From contig CAVNZM010000001.1 in assembly GCA_963693365.1 (NCBI GenBank), positions 11,620,161 to 11,684,160 of the forward strand: a DNA stretch of 64,000 nt, given 5' to 3'. The stretch is from Amoebidium appalachense (taxonomy: Eukaryota > Protista > Ichthyosporea). Below the pieces are notes generated by a model. That model made no database searches. It was given only the letters and a program-made list of their open reading frames with translations, and had not been told where the DNA came from. Both the position numbers and the translations under genes were made by a program. Below are positions 36,820-58,339 of this stretch, one piece after another; position 1 is the stretch's first letter, and each line of letters opens with the position of its first letter.

Positions 36820-39800
36820 CCAACGAATCTGCTCTAGTGGTGCACAGATGGCATGTGATTGATAATCTACCATATGATGCCTTATTAGGTGTTGATTTCA
36901 TGGGGCCACAACAGGGACGAATTGATTACGGTGCTGCAGAACTTTCGTTCATGTATGCTAAGGGAAATCGCAGGTGCAGTATTCCGGTGTGGTGGTTGCG
37001 TGGGAGTGCGGAGGAGACAGCTGTTTCTCGCGTATTAATTACCACCACAGGTATTCACCTCCCGGTAGATGCGTCAAATATCGCAACGTGTAAAATAAAA
37101 CTCGCTGCCGGCGCACCACCACCACGAACTTTAGACTGTTGTATGGGCACAGTGGTTCCATGTGGTCCACTTAATTCACGGGCTTACACAACAGCATGCA
37201 GTGTCACCAGTTTAGCTCGAATTTCGAATAACGAACCCCCCCTCTCCACTAGCGAAGAAAGTGTGATCGAGGACGAATACGAATGCAAGGTGTTGTTGAC
37301 TAACACATCGGACCATCATGTGTACCTAGGCCCTGGTACGGAGGTGGCCATGTTTATTCCCTTGCAATCAGATAACACTGTTACTCTTTTAGCACGTCCA
37401 CACTCCGGTAATGGAACCAGGAGGGCGACAACCCCACACCCTGGCCATCCATTAGGTACCTCTGCTAAAACGAACTTTTCTTCGCAGGAATCAACCGAAG
37501 AACCCAACGAACACGAACCACACACTTTCCAGGCGGCTACTAATATTAACGGTAGTATTAAGGTGTGTGAACGGAGTAAAATTATGAATATGAGTACGAA
37601 AGAGAACACCACACAGCGCAGTTCCACGAAAATGAATGGTTTTGGTAATCCAGCACGAACAAAACCAGAGGTAGGGCCACCTACTATCGAAGCAGCAGAT
37701 GGGGCACCATCTACCACTGCACTGGAGGATACGAATAATTTACGAAAGCGTACGCACGAATGTACCTCCGACGGGGAAGCCGCCACAGACGACGACTTGC
37801 CTTTTGGGGTCAAACCTCCAGAAGAATACGACATGCCTGGAACTCCCCCAGACCAACGGAAACCGTTGGCGAAACGGATACGAAAACTGCTTAAGAAATG
37901 GAAGCATGTGTTCTCTGCACACGACAACGACTTTGGTTTGAGTACCTTAGACGAACTGTCGATCGAAGTAACTACCACCATACCACAGTACCGCAGGCCC
38001 TATAACATCCCACATCACCTTCGCGATAGCCTACACAAACAAATTCAAAATTGGGTAGAGTTTGGAGTGATTGAGCCTGCGTCCAGCCCTTACTCCGCTC
38101 CGATGGTGTTGGTGGCGAAAAAGGACGGGTCTTTAAGAGTCTGCATTGATTTTAGAATGCTGAACTTGATTACGAAGAAAGACGGTTACCCTTTACCACG
38201 AATTGACATGGCTCTGGGTATGCTCAGAGGTGCCCGCGTGTTTTCCGCACTTGATTTAAACGGTGGTTACCACCAAGTCAAAGTAGCCGATAACGACAAA
38301 GAAAAACTTGCATTTACCACCCCCTGGGGGCAGTATCAATTCGCACGCGCACCTTTTGGAGTAAGTAACATGCCTGCTGTCTTTTCAAGGATGATGAACC
38401 GTGTATTCGCTGGTATGCTGTGGACACATGTACTCATATATCTCGATGATATATTAGTTATGTCACCCACTATCGAAGAACATTTTGGGCATTTAGATTC
38501 ATGTTTTTCCCGGCTCTGTGATGCAGGATTAAAACTGAAAGGCAGAAAATGCTCTTTGTTCATGGAAGAAGTTGGCTATTTAGGCCATCGCGTATGCCCG
38601 GATGGTATTAAGGTAGACCCAGAAAAAGTGGCAGCAATAAAGAATAAAAGCTACCCACAAAATTTATCTGAGCTACGAAGTGACCTCGGGTTATTTTCAT
38701 ATTATCGAATATTTGTGGACGATTTCAGCCATACGGCTGAACCACTCACGCGAATGCTGGGCACCTCGAAGGAGGATTCAGAATTACTAAAACGAATTCA
38801 CGCAAAAATGCCCCCCTCTACGAAACCCGCCAAACGCAACGGCAGCGCAAAACAACGAAAAGACGAAGCAAAAAATTTTCACGCCGATTCTGCAGCTATT
38901 TTGGCCACGAAAAAGAAAGCACAGAAAAATGCTGCATGGGTGTGGGGTACGGAACAGGAGAAAGCATACGATACCCTTAAGAATGCGTTAATTAATGCAC
39001 CTGTGCTTGCTCACCCCGATTTCACCAAACCTTTTATTGTTGACTCAGATGCTTCACAGTATGCTCTGGGCGCAGTGATTTCGCAGGTAGGTGATGACGG
39101 CAAAGAACGACCCATAGCTTATGCTAGCAGAACACTCTCTAAGAGTGAACGAAATTATGCGGCGAATAAAAGGGAAGCCTTAGGTGTGTATTGGGCTGTG
39201 TGCAAAGCATTTCGCGCTTACACCTATGGGGCTCCTTTCTTGTTACGAACCGACCACTCCAGCTTGACGCGCATTCTGTCTACCGGCGATGCACCGGAAC
39301 CTGTTGTTGCAGGCTGGCAAATGGCGCTTTCCGCATACACATACGAAATTCAGCACAGGGCGGGCAAACACCACAGCAATGCTGATGGACTCTCTCGGCC
39401 ATCTAAAGAAAATGCGCAACCAGGACCCGAAGATACTGAGCTGACATACCCCTCACTGATCGGCACAGTCTCGGGCTCGTCCACGGTGTTTGCGGTAACA
39501 CGCTCCGCCGCAGCGACAGCGCAGGCACAAGCTGCCACCCACCCACCCCCAGCTGAACCCACGAAACCTAATACCACGCCGCCAGAATTTATTCCCCCAA
39601 AAGCGGATGGACGAATGCCCACCTATGAACAGTATGTGTCAGCACAGAAGGCTGATAAACACATTGCGAAAGTCAGGGCCTACCTGGAAAAAGCACCGGG
39701 CTACGAATTATTTGGCAACGAAATCGCGATGGAAGCTAGTCGCTGCACCATAGACAATGACCTTGTGTATGTGTGGGTCCTAGAACAGCGTGGCCCCCGC

Positions 39801-41174
39801 AAACCCAGCAAGGAACCACGAATTTGGGTGCCGTCTACGCTTGTGCGCCTCGTTTTGGCCGCATGTCACGACGCCCCAACCGCAGGTCACCTCGACGCAG
39901 CACGCACCTTCCACCGTGTTACCCAGACAGCATGGTGGCCACGTGTATGGCAAGACTCGGTGCAGTGGGTAACCACATGCAAAGCCTGTCAATACCGGAA
40001 GACACCCCGAATGCAAAAGAAACTACGAATTCACGATGGTTTTATCCCCACCTATCCCTTTCAATACGTGTCTATGGACATTACTGAGATGCCTACGAAA
40101 TCTGATCTCAGAGTTTCCCTGTTGGTGTTTCTCGACCTCTTCACTCGCTGGCCGGAAGTGATTTTATTTCACAAAACACCCACAGCCGAAGATGTGGCAA
40201 AGGCATTCGAAGACTCCATCTACTGCCGTCACGGTCGTCCGGAATTTTTAGTATCAGACAACGGCGCGAATTTGGCAGCTATGTTGGTCACAGATGTCTG
40301 TCGAGTGTTGGCTACAAAACGAATTTTTGCAAGTCCCTACAGCCCCCAGACCAATGGTGCCGTAGAGCGATTCAATCGCACACTTAAGAATATTCTTGCC
40401 ACTCTCGTGCAGGATAAACACCACGAATGGATTGACTACTTACCGCAAGTACTGTTTTCCTACCGCACCGCCTACCACTCTTCCTTGGGGGACACGCCAT
40501 TCTTCATGCTTTATGGCAGAGATCCGGTCGAGCCCCCCCGCCCCCCAATTGCGGCTTCATGTGGGATGGAGACGGAGGAATACCGTCGAGAACTACTGCA
40601 ACGAGTGCAGTATGCCCGGCAAACAGTCACACGAATTATGTCTGAAGCTGCCCGTCGTAGTAAAATCACGGCTAACAAAAATGCTCGTGAACCCACAGAA
40701 CTCGAGGGTCTGGTGTTGAAAGCAGTCACAGACTCCACCACCGACCACAGTCTACCCACGGCACTCAGACCTAAATGGGAAGGTCCGTATCGCGTCCTGC
40801 GGCGCGTTACCGACGCCCCCATGTCTTACGAAATTCAGCGGGTTGGGTCAACGGACACCGTTCGAGCACACGCACGTCACTTGAAGCCGTATTTTCCCCG
40901 TGACGACGTTGATATGACGCCAGCCGACTCTGGTCCGCAAGATTCACCCACCCCCACCTTCGAAGTGGCAAAAATTATTGCCCACAAGTACGACTCGGCA
41001 ACTGCCCAAGCCCTTTACAAAGTTCGTTGGAAAGGGTACACGGCTAAGAACGACACCTGGGAACCTCACTCCGGCCTGCAAGACACAGCCGCAGGAGCAC
41101 TCACAGACTACCTAGGTACTTTGGTGGCCGGCCCTGCCAGCCAGCCCGCACGAAAGAAGCGCCGACGTCGCTAA
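36819..41174 (+). CDS. pol: Gypsy Pol remainder: protease C-half, RT, RNase H, integrase, chromodomain
   Basis: LLGVDF; RVCIDFR, YLDD; DSDAS, TDH, NADGLSR; HHCC (CHD..GH...CKACQ), SMD/SDNG/VERFN, WEGPY; chromodomain FEVAKIIAH...YKVRWKGY...DTWEP. No stops. Confidence 0.95.
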   Translation, partial: PNESALVVHRWHVIDNLPYDALLGVDFMGPQQGRIDYGAAELSFMYAKGNRRCSIPVWWLRGSAEETAVSRVLITTTGIHLPVDASNIATCKIKLAAGAPPPRTLDCCMGTVVPCGPLNSRAYTTACSVTSLARISNNEPPLSTSEESVIEDEYECKVLLTNTSDHHVYLGPGTEVAMFIPLQSDNTVTLLARPHSGNGTRRATTPHPGHPLGTSAKTNFSSQESTEEPNEHEPHTFQAATNINGSIKVCERSKIMNMSTKENTTQRSSTKMNGFGNPARTKPEVGPPTIEAADGAPSTTALEDTNNLRKRTHECTSDGEAATDDDLPFGVKPPEEYDMPGTPPDQRKPLAKRIRKLLKKWKHVFSAHDNDFGLSTLDELSIEVTTTIPQYRRPYNIPHHLRDSLHKQIQNWVEFGVIEPASSPYSAPMVLVAKKDGSLRVCIDFRMLNLITKKDGYPLPRIDMALGMLRGARVFSALDLNGGYHQVKVADNDKEKLAFTTPWGQYQFARAPFGVSNMPAVFSRMMNRVFAGMLWTHVLIYLDDILVMSPTIEEHFGHLDSCFSRLCDAGLKLKGRKCSLFMEEVGYLGHRVCPDGIKVDPEKVAAIKNKSYPQNLSELRSDLGLFSYYRIFVDDFSHTAEPLTRMLGTSKEDSELLKRIHAKMPPSTKPAKRNGSAKQRKDEAKNFHADSAAILATKKKAQKNAAWVWGTEQEKAYDTLKNALINAPVLAHPDFTKPFIVDSDASQYALGAVISQVGDDGKERPIAYASRTLSKSERNYAANKREALGVYWAVCKAFRAYTYGAPFLLRTDHSSLTRILSTGDAPEPVVAGWQMALSAYTYEIQHRAGKHHSNADGLSRPSKENAQPGPEDTELTYPSLIGTVSGSSTVFAVTRSAAATAQAQAATHPPPAEPTKPNTTPPEFIPPKADGRMPTYEQYVSAQKADKHIAKVRAYLEKAPGYELFGNEIAMEASRCTIDNDLVYVWVLEQRGPRKPSKEPRIWVPSTLVRLVLAACHDAPTAGHLDAARTFHRVTQTAWWPRVWQDSVQWVTTCKACQYRKTPRMQKKLRIHDGFIPTYPFQYVSMDITEMPTKSDLRVSLLVFLDLFTRWPEVILFHKTPTAEDVAKAFEDSIYCRHGRPEFLVSDNGANLAAMLVTDVCRVLATKRIFASPYSPQTNGAVERFNRTLKNILATLVQDKHHEWIDYLPQVLFSYRTAYHSSLGDTPFFMLYGRDPVEPPRPPIAASCGMETEEYRRELLQRVQYARQTVTRIMSEAARRSKITANKNAREPTELEGLVLKAVTDSTTDHSLPTALRPKWEGPYRVLRRVTDAPMSYEIQRVGSTDTVRAHARHLKPYFPRDDVDMTPADSGPQDSPTPTFEVAKIIAHKYDSATAQALYKVRWKGYTAKNDTWEPHSGLQDTAAGALTDYLGTLVAGPASQPARKKRRRR

Positions 41175-41239
41175 CTTCCCTCAGCCTGGTGGTTTACCGT
41201 CTCCAGACCATACCACCAGGCTCCCGAGAAGGGGGGGAG

Positions 41240-41849
41240 TGTAAACATCTGTACACGCCGTACATGTTTACTATTACGAATATACTGTACATATCATAGT
41301 GATCACGTAGATATTGTGTACATATGATCAGATCAATATCACACGCGACAGCCGCGGGCTGCGGCTCACGACTGAGCCGCGGCGCCGGCAATATGCAGTG
41401 GCCGTGCAGTCAGTATGAACCAATAGAATTCGAGAACCGCTAGGATAGGAATGCAAGTCTCATCCACTACGGAGGCGACATCTATAGCTAAACGAACGGA
41501 ACCAATAAGGAAATCAGACCCAGTTGCATAAACCTAAACGGGCTTAAGTATTGACCAATCATTTGCCACAAAGTTATCCTTTTAGTTAGCTTCATGTTAT
41601 TGGTGCACTGTGTGCACATAAAGACGACCGCACTCTTCTGACTGGTCAGAAGTCACGAAGGCATCAATGCCACCCATCCAGATGATCCGGAACCTGGGGG
41701 CTATATAAACAAGCCGTCCCAGTACGGGGGATCACTCTGAACGAGCACATTAAATAGTAACCTGGCCGTGTGTGCCTTACTACCCGTTCTCTGTCTTTAT
41801 TCTGATTCAGTTGTTCTCTGCCTTATCCCAACTAGTTCAACTGTTTACA
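41240..41849 (+). repeat. 3' LTR (610 bp) preceded by the polypurine tract
   Basis: GAGAAGGGGGGGAG at 41226-41239, then TGTAAACA...TGTTTACA 8-bp terminal inverted repeat; CCAAT motifs and TATATAAA near 41703. Confidence 0.85.
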
Positions 41850-41875
41850 AGGGCCCAGGTGCTGTTCATGACGTC

Positions 41876-44800
41876 AAGGAACATAACACATGCCGACTGA
41901 GTTTTACCTTTGATTTCTCTATCAGAACGAGAAAGAAACTCATACTCAGCGTATGGCAATAACGCGAAAAGGCAGAAAAAACAGGAAGAGAAAAGAAAGA
42001 GGGAGTGAGATAGCGAGAGGAAGAATCAGGTTGAAAGAGGGTAGGCTGAGGACATTCAGAAGTAGTAGCGTTGGTGAATCGGGGGGGAAGATGGATGGAG
42101 GGAGGGGTGGGAAAGAAAGCATAAAGAGGGTGACCATCAGGTAGCCTAACTAAATGAAAACAAAAACGAAGCCTTCACAATTCCTCCATACGACAAACAG
42201 CAGACGACAATCCAAACATACTGATTAAGCCTGAGGGAGGCACAAACCGAGTACGAAACAAAGTGCGCAGCGCAGTACCCTAAAAATTGTCGAACTCTTT
42301 CAGCCTGGCCACGGCCGCCTCGCAAGGTGGGGCGCAGGCCAATAGCGGAAGTCCATATTCGAAAGTCGGCCGTAAAAAAGTTTAATAGTAGAGAAGAAGG
42401 TTCGCAGGATGGATCACAGACTCCCGTTGAAACATATTTGACACGATGTGAAGCTTACCCTTCGCACGAGCGATCCGTGCCGTGAGGAGCTTGCGGAAAT
42501 CAATACCCCGTGCAGTAAAAGGAAGACCCAAATAGTCATAGCCTAGCTCTGAACAGGAATAGGAAGACCGGCCAATCGAAAGGAAGCGTTTTTCGAAAAA
42601 GTCAGAAATACCCTATATCGCTCATCACCGTGGTATCTCCCAGTTATCACCGGTTATCACCGATGTCAGAAAATTTCACGCGTTGACAGATCTGTGATAT
42701 GATCGTAATATCACGGTGATAGCTTCTCGCTAAACCTGCACTCATGTCAGCTGGCGAATCAGGACTGCCGGTGATAGCACACTGATATTACCATTTTGCC
42801 ATTGGGTCAACAAAACTGTATGCACCAACCTGAAAGTCAATCAGAACATTCTACGTAGACGATTGCAGCATTATCACGCAAAAATATTATCAAGTTATAA
42901 AAAGTTTCATTTGATTGAGAGTTTATCACGAAGAAAATTTGCCCCCCCCTTATTTACGGACAACCAGAACGGATGATTGGATTTCTCTTGTTATTGACTA
43001 AACATACACTCGACAAATGGCGCAAAGTCAGTGTGGCTACTTTGCCACATCTGCAGCAAAAAACTTATTGGATTTCGGAGGTTTACAGAAAGTATATAAA
43101 GCTTCAAAATTGTCCAGTGCAACTTCGTAGCCGGCCCTAGTACCGCCTTGTTGGTAGGCACAGTTCATCGTGCCTGCTATCATATGTTTCCGACTTCCTT
43201 CACCCAATAGTGCAAACCAGGAGATGGAGGCACATCTTGGAGAAAAGCCCAAGGGGGGAGCAGCACTCCGAGACGGAGGTGAGTATCTTGTTTTAAATGA
43301 CATGCATGTACACAGTACGAAGTGTAAAGGCCTTAGGCTGAAGGATACTAATTAACTATACAACTGTTCCTTAAAAAGAAAAGGAAGACCCATACTCATG
43401 TATTTGATAGAGTAAGAACACGTGAATAAATGCAGAAAAACTGTTCCAGAGTTGGTTGTCCAGAGTTGTGAAATGCTGTGTGCGCACATTTGCGAACCGT
43501 CCCATAACTGACACAGCGATATCACAGCGATATCTCAGCGATATCACCTACTAGTATTACAGCGATATCACGGTGATAAATTTTATTCAATAGGACCGCC
43601 CCCCCCCACCTGTCATCCCCACAACCTCTTTCCTTCCTCCCCTCCAGCCTCTCCCCACCTTCTGCCCTGTGCCATCTGGATCTCCACTGCCCCCTCCCCG
43701 TGTCACCCACACACACACGCACACACATGCACACACACGCACACGCACGCGCACACACACACACGCACACACGCACACGTGTGCACTGACGCGCACACCG
43801 TCACACACACACACGGCATCCAAGTACACAGTGATTTCCCGCCCAGACCTACCTTCCCCATTTTTTTGTCCAAGGGGGCCTTCCGCTTAGGCTAGCAAAA
43901 TATTGCAATATCACCGCAATAACACGCAAACCACACGTAGCACAGGTATCACCTGCCCAGCAGAAATAACACTGTGGTATTCAAATTACCACCAAAGTAA
44001 CACGACATGCGAAATAACACGAAGATATTATTGTGGTATCACCGGCAGTACCACGGTGATATCGTTGAGATATTCCCTATGTTTCCAATGGCGGTATCAC
44101 CAAGATATCACGAACGAAATTGCCGGAAACATCACTGCGATATCACCGTGTGGATGCATGTGATATCACCGTACTACTCCAGTATATCACCATCTAGGGG
44201 TACAGTCGCCCGCGGGGCATACCGGTGGTGATTTGGTTATATCACCGTACTATCTCCAGTATCACCGGGTCCGGTCTGAACCCCAGGCGCGGATCCCGCG
44301 GTGATATCGGGTGATATTACAGTAATATCACACCGCGGTGATATCACCAATCGCTATTGCGCGATATAGGGTATTTCTCGAAAAAGTAGCACACTTTGCA
44401 ATTCCGACTGTCATGAGATTCTCGGTGCACCAAGTTGATCCACCTGACGAAGCATCTGGTGCATGACATCTTCGGTTAAGGAACAAAGAACAATATCGTC
44501 CGCAAAAAGGAGACCCGGTACACGGCGGGTATGCAGTTGGCCAAAGGGTTCGAGGGCGCAGGCTAAATCGTCAATGAAAACGTCAAACAACAACGGACTC
44601 AGGAGGGACCCCTGCAGAAGACCCCGAGAACGGGAAAAACCGGGTGTTGATGTTCCATTGACCGCCGCTCGGCCGCGAGTGGTATCGAACAACGCTTGCA
44701 GAAGACGGCCAAAGGGGGCTGGTAAGCCCCGCATAGCCAGCGTATGCCATAACAAACCAGTGGGTACGGTGTCGTAGGTGTTCTTAAGGTCGATGAAGAC

Positions 44801-45800
44801 AACGTGTGGAGAGCCAGAAGTAATGGATTCATGGAGTAACAGACTGTGAGTATAACACGAATAGGCATGACGAAAGCCCCCTTGAAGGGAAGAAAGACGG
44901 AACACGGCGTTTAAAGAATCGTCGGTGTTAAACGCGCGAAGCATGCAACCCTCGAAGAGCCGACGAAAAACGTTGGTAAGTGTGACGGGACGAAAGTCGT
45001 TAATGACCCCCTGCGATACCTTCTTACGAACGGGCGTAAGGATTGTGTCAAGCAACATGTTAAGCCACGAATTTGGAATAAACCCGAGTTCGAAAAAAGC
45101 CGGAAAAAACTCACTAAGAAGGACAGCAAAAGGCGGGGGACTCTGCACGATTACGGGGCGGAAGCACGGGAGAAAGAACCTTGAAAAGCACGGGAGGAAG
45201 AGCATCCGGCCCGCACGCCTTGCGGGGTTTTAACGCCCGTATAGCACCAAAAACAGCCGAAGAGTTGAAATAACTGTGAAAAGTGCCCGGGAACGATCGG
45301 TCCGGCTCCCAACTCGGCGGCTGGGAGAGGCCAGCGGGCGGTGGTGGAACCGTGGACACGTTAGGAAGCGAAAATAGGGAAGCATAATAGCCATCGACGG
45401 ATTCAGCGACGGAGATGGAAGGAGACGGGGCATAGACTTGCACGGAAGGCCCAAGCCGACCGGCGGATTTCCAGACCGATAATGCTTCCTGTAGAGGCAA
45501 CAACTGTCGTAGGGACTGCAAAACGTGAGACTGTCTCAGCCGAACGGAAGGGTACTCAACCGTGCCCACCACCTGCTCGCCAAGGGCAAATAGAAACTCA
45601 ACAAACTCATTATAACAAACCTCCAAAATAGCCGGGTTCCGCTGCGCACGGGCGTCGCGCACTGCGGCAAGAAAGAAGCCATGAACCGACTCATACTCCT
45701 TGACAGCGAGTAACTGGTTTAACTTGTGCTTGAAACCGCGAGATAAGAGGCGGCGGGAAACATTTGAGATAAATAAAGGATACTGGCCAAAACGTTTTGA
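41876..45800 (-). pseudogene. Main body of the degenerate outer non-LTR RT element R2
   Basis: KACGPDA, FRPVTL, QGGFR, FIDLKNTYDTV, GLLQGSLLSPLLF, LFADD, YDYLGLP, with frameshifts; homologous by eye to ORF 20769-23384; continues at 17805. Confidence 0.85.
42603..44377. mobile_element. 1.8-kb non-autonomous TIR element inserted in R2
   Basis: TIR GAAATACCCTATATCGC / GCGATATAGGGTATTTC; TCGAAAAAGT duplicated at 42593-42602 and 44378-44387; removal restores ...AKCATFSKNASFRLAGLPIPV; arms rich in (T)ATCAC/GTGATA motifs. Confidence 0.85.
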
Positions 45801-47287
45801 GATAGATGTATCTGCATGCGGAGAGGCCGTGCGCCTAGATTGTCAAATTTACGGATAAAACTCCCGCAATCCGATCGATCTATTAATTTTTTAAAGTTTG
45901 CATAAAATCTAGATTGATTTCGCCGGACCCTCTTCCAGATGGGCAAGGGGGGGGGTCTTCTAGATGTCTGGGATGAGACGACTGGTCCTTGCAACCAGCC
46001 TAGATATCTCTTATCCAATAGAATTGCGAATTACGATCTAGATAATTCAGTTTCTAAACTGCTCTCAGACGAATCGAGCAGACTTTTAGATATTTAGGCC
46101 GAGAATTTAGATATCCTGATGTAGATCAACGCAAAGCGGCTCAGTTCAAGTCTACTTGGGGGTTTACACACTTTTAATTTGTTTAAAACAAAGAAAACCG
46201 GAAGCGGACCAATCACTGCAACTAAGTAACCATGCACTAAAAAGGCACCCTGTGACGTCACAAAAATGTAGCTCAACAGCGCGTGCGGGCAAACGATGCC
46301 AAGCCAAAATATATAGCTTTTAGCTGTCCTTGAAGTGGATGGCTGTGGACAGTGACGCACGTGTACGTAAACTCGAGTACAGTATACCGAGTATATATTA
46401 CTGTAGTGTGCATAGTGTGCATGCGTGTGAGTGGGGTACCTAATATCGTATGTACATGTGGCGCATTTGGCACGTTCAATGGGCCTGTCAGTGAATTCGT
46501 GCCCTTTCGATGTGTGCTGTGTGTGCATTGTTTGCACGTATGCATATTGTGCCTTGTATGTTTGTGGCCAGGGGATCAGTTGCATTTGTCTGTTTGTGGC
46601 CACATGACGGTCAGTACGGATGCACATGCTTATGCAATTAAAGCTGTAGGTTCAGCCCTCGGCTTTTTATTTTTTTTTTTTTTTTTTTTTTTTGGGGGGG
46701 GGGGGGGGGGAGACACGGAGACGAAGCAATGCCATGTATGTGCTCCTGACGAACACCAGTTTTATTGCACATTTGCAGTCTCCATGATTATGCTATTCCC
46801 TCAAGGCACATGCCTTACGCGAGGACATAGTGGTATTAGCTCAAGCTTAATATAGATATTTTTTAATTTAAGACAAATCATTACGTTCATCATACCATAC
46901 AATGTTGATACGGAGCCGGATCACCGATAGGGGGTCATTTGCTTGGTAGAAAATGAAGGTGTTACACGAACATGGAATGCCCGGTGTGTGTATTTTCAAG
47001 TGTCTACCTTTAAGATCTTATTGTTTGGGGGAGGATTTTAAACTGAAATGAGGCTGGAAAATGCTCGAGTGCAATATGCATTTAGGTATTTCACGTCACC
47101 ATTTCATGATTTGGTGCGCTTTTCCGCGCGCAACGCTAGTTCATCAGAGGGAAGGGGGAAAAAAACAAAACAAAAAAAAACTAAACGGCTACGAAACGAA
47201 AACATAAATTTAAACGGCCCTAGCAGCATACACAATTTCACGGATCTATTCGGTCTATCAATACACTTGGGTGAGTTCCTTGAATTG

Positions 47288-56202
<8,915 letters not shown>

Positions 56203-58300
56203 GATGGAACGAAGTCGTGCTGACGGCAAGGAGAGAAAGGGAAAAATTGGAAATCGTGGTTTTATAAGGTTGGAGGTCAATGGCAGATTTGGTATGCTGT
56301 GGCAAAGGGTTGGCCTGTGGAAGCAAATTTCTTGTTTGAGTGTATGTAGGGGAGTGTGGATGGGGAAATGTGGTGTGGAGGAAGGAGATTGTTGGGAAAA
56401 AGGAGGGCACACGTAGATTGAGGAGGTGGTGGTTTTGCACCGGCAGGGATTGCAGAACACCCAGCCCGAAGTGTTACATTAGTCCCATGAAACAGTCAGC
56501 GGTCGATACCGGCCGCAGAAAGGGCATGTGAAAGCAAGCAAAATTTCTCCGGTTTGCTTCCTTCAGGTTGCATGATTTATGACACCGAGGTTAATACGGC
56601 CGAACTCAGGAGCAAGCATTAATTACGTCGACAGCCCCTGGTGAAACTTTTCAGGCCATGAATGGGTGTATGGATTTGGGGCAGCAGGCTGCTAGGTGTG
56701 AAAGTGCCACAAGCTCCTCAAGTTGCTTATTACGTTTTCGCTTGCACACTCTGATATAGAATGGTGCGAAGGGTTCCTGCATGCACGGAAGGTCAAAAAA
56801 ACACATTCGAGATGTCAGATCTAGAAGCACACCAGCTATGTAGTTAGAAAGAAACTCACCCACCTCTGATCTCAGCCTGTGATGGATGTAGTTTTCCCAG
56901 CCTTCTATAACCTTGGTTCCGCCTTCCAGAGACTCTACCTCCTACCTCGTCGCAAAGTTTGTTTTTCTCATTTGACAACACAAAAACTGCACGGCGTTGC
57001 AACGTGTGTGTGTGAACTTGGAGCATGGTCTTGCCCAGGAAAACAAAAACGAGCCGGGCTGCCGAGCTTCATTCCAGAACTACAGCTGTCGGTTAATAGA
57101 ATGCAAATGTGGAGCCAAACAATTGGATATTTAAATCTATTGTAAAAGACTTATGATTTAAAATCAAATAATTGATTTTTATTAGTTGTCTGTCAGCAAC
57201 AAGGTGTAAAAAAAAACTTTATGTGAGTAGTAGCAGGAATTTCAATGACTGAATGACGTCCCCATGGCCACTCGGATTCCCAACGAACTTCAACGACTAT
57301 ATGCTCTTAGAAACACTAGAAGAAAACGACGAAGAAATAAATTTTCTTTAAATCTTGTAGTTTCAAACATATAAATACTTAGAAGCTTTCATAGAGTATC
57401 AGCAGCAAGCGGCTGAGTAGGAGCCGGTGCCGCTCGGTCGGAAGTCTAACTGCCGGAAGTCTCACCCCACGGCAATTAGATCTTCATTCCAAAGAGATAA
57501 AAAAGACCTTTTCCGATTGGCCTATCTGAAGGGGGCAAAATCTTGCCAAATGAAAGTGTTGAACCAGCCAGCCGTCACGCTCTTGGCAGCTACAAACATG
57601 GTGGTTTGGCAGCGTGTTTTCATAGGGAGGATATTGGTATATTATTTGCTTCCTGCTTTGGGTGGCGCCAGCTAGAGGCAACAGCCGTAACAAAGCCGCG
57701 GCCGGGAGTAGATTTCTTTAGTAACTTGCCGCCCGCGGCCCCGATCTGGTTGTGCCCCCTTGAGGATCCAAATGAGTCATACGAATTTAGCTCATGGGAG
57801 CGATCCCTTTCGGACTCGTGGGTACTTTTTTTGGGGGGGGATCCTAGACTCCCTTAGTCCTTAAATTACAGCTTGGTTTTCATAAAAAAGATTGTTCCTG
57901 GAAGGCTATCAATGCGGCAGTACCAACTAGGCGAGCTGAGCTCTACTGGCCGTCAATGGAGAAAAGAATGCATATAGATCAGTTTGGCGTGTACACACCG
58001 GCTATTTTTTGGGGCGGCGACAATCCGGTCCCCGCCGGGTCCCCAGCCCGGCAATTACACATCCAAATCATATTTCAAGCTATAAATCTGATAAAATCGA
58101 CATGCAGCGAAGAAAACGACAGCTTCGAGGCGCGATATGTGCTTGCTCAGTGAGGTAGCCGTGTGGTGAATACAATCTCCGGGTGCATACGACGTGCACG
58201 TGACTGTGTGTGTGTCTGTGTATGCCTGCACAGACTTGCGCCTTGTGTCAATGATGGAGCACAAGCGAATGAAGGGTGGTGCGCAAGTGTGTGTGTGTGC

Positions 58301-58339
<39 letters not shown>

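Larger units (their letters stand above)
17806..41849 (+). mobile_element. Ty3/Gypsy chromodomain LTR retrotransposon, interrupted by a 17-kb insertion, 5' LTR not found; left boundary approximate
   Basis: Domain order gag-PR-RT-RH-IN-chromo, followed by PPT and 3' LTR. Removing 19774-36818 restores a continuous pol frame. Confidence 0.9.

Noticed and set aside
57230-58160. Possible decayed transposase or gene fragment
   Set aside because: Coding-like composition but broken frames and no motif I can identify.
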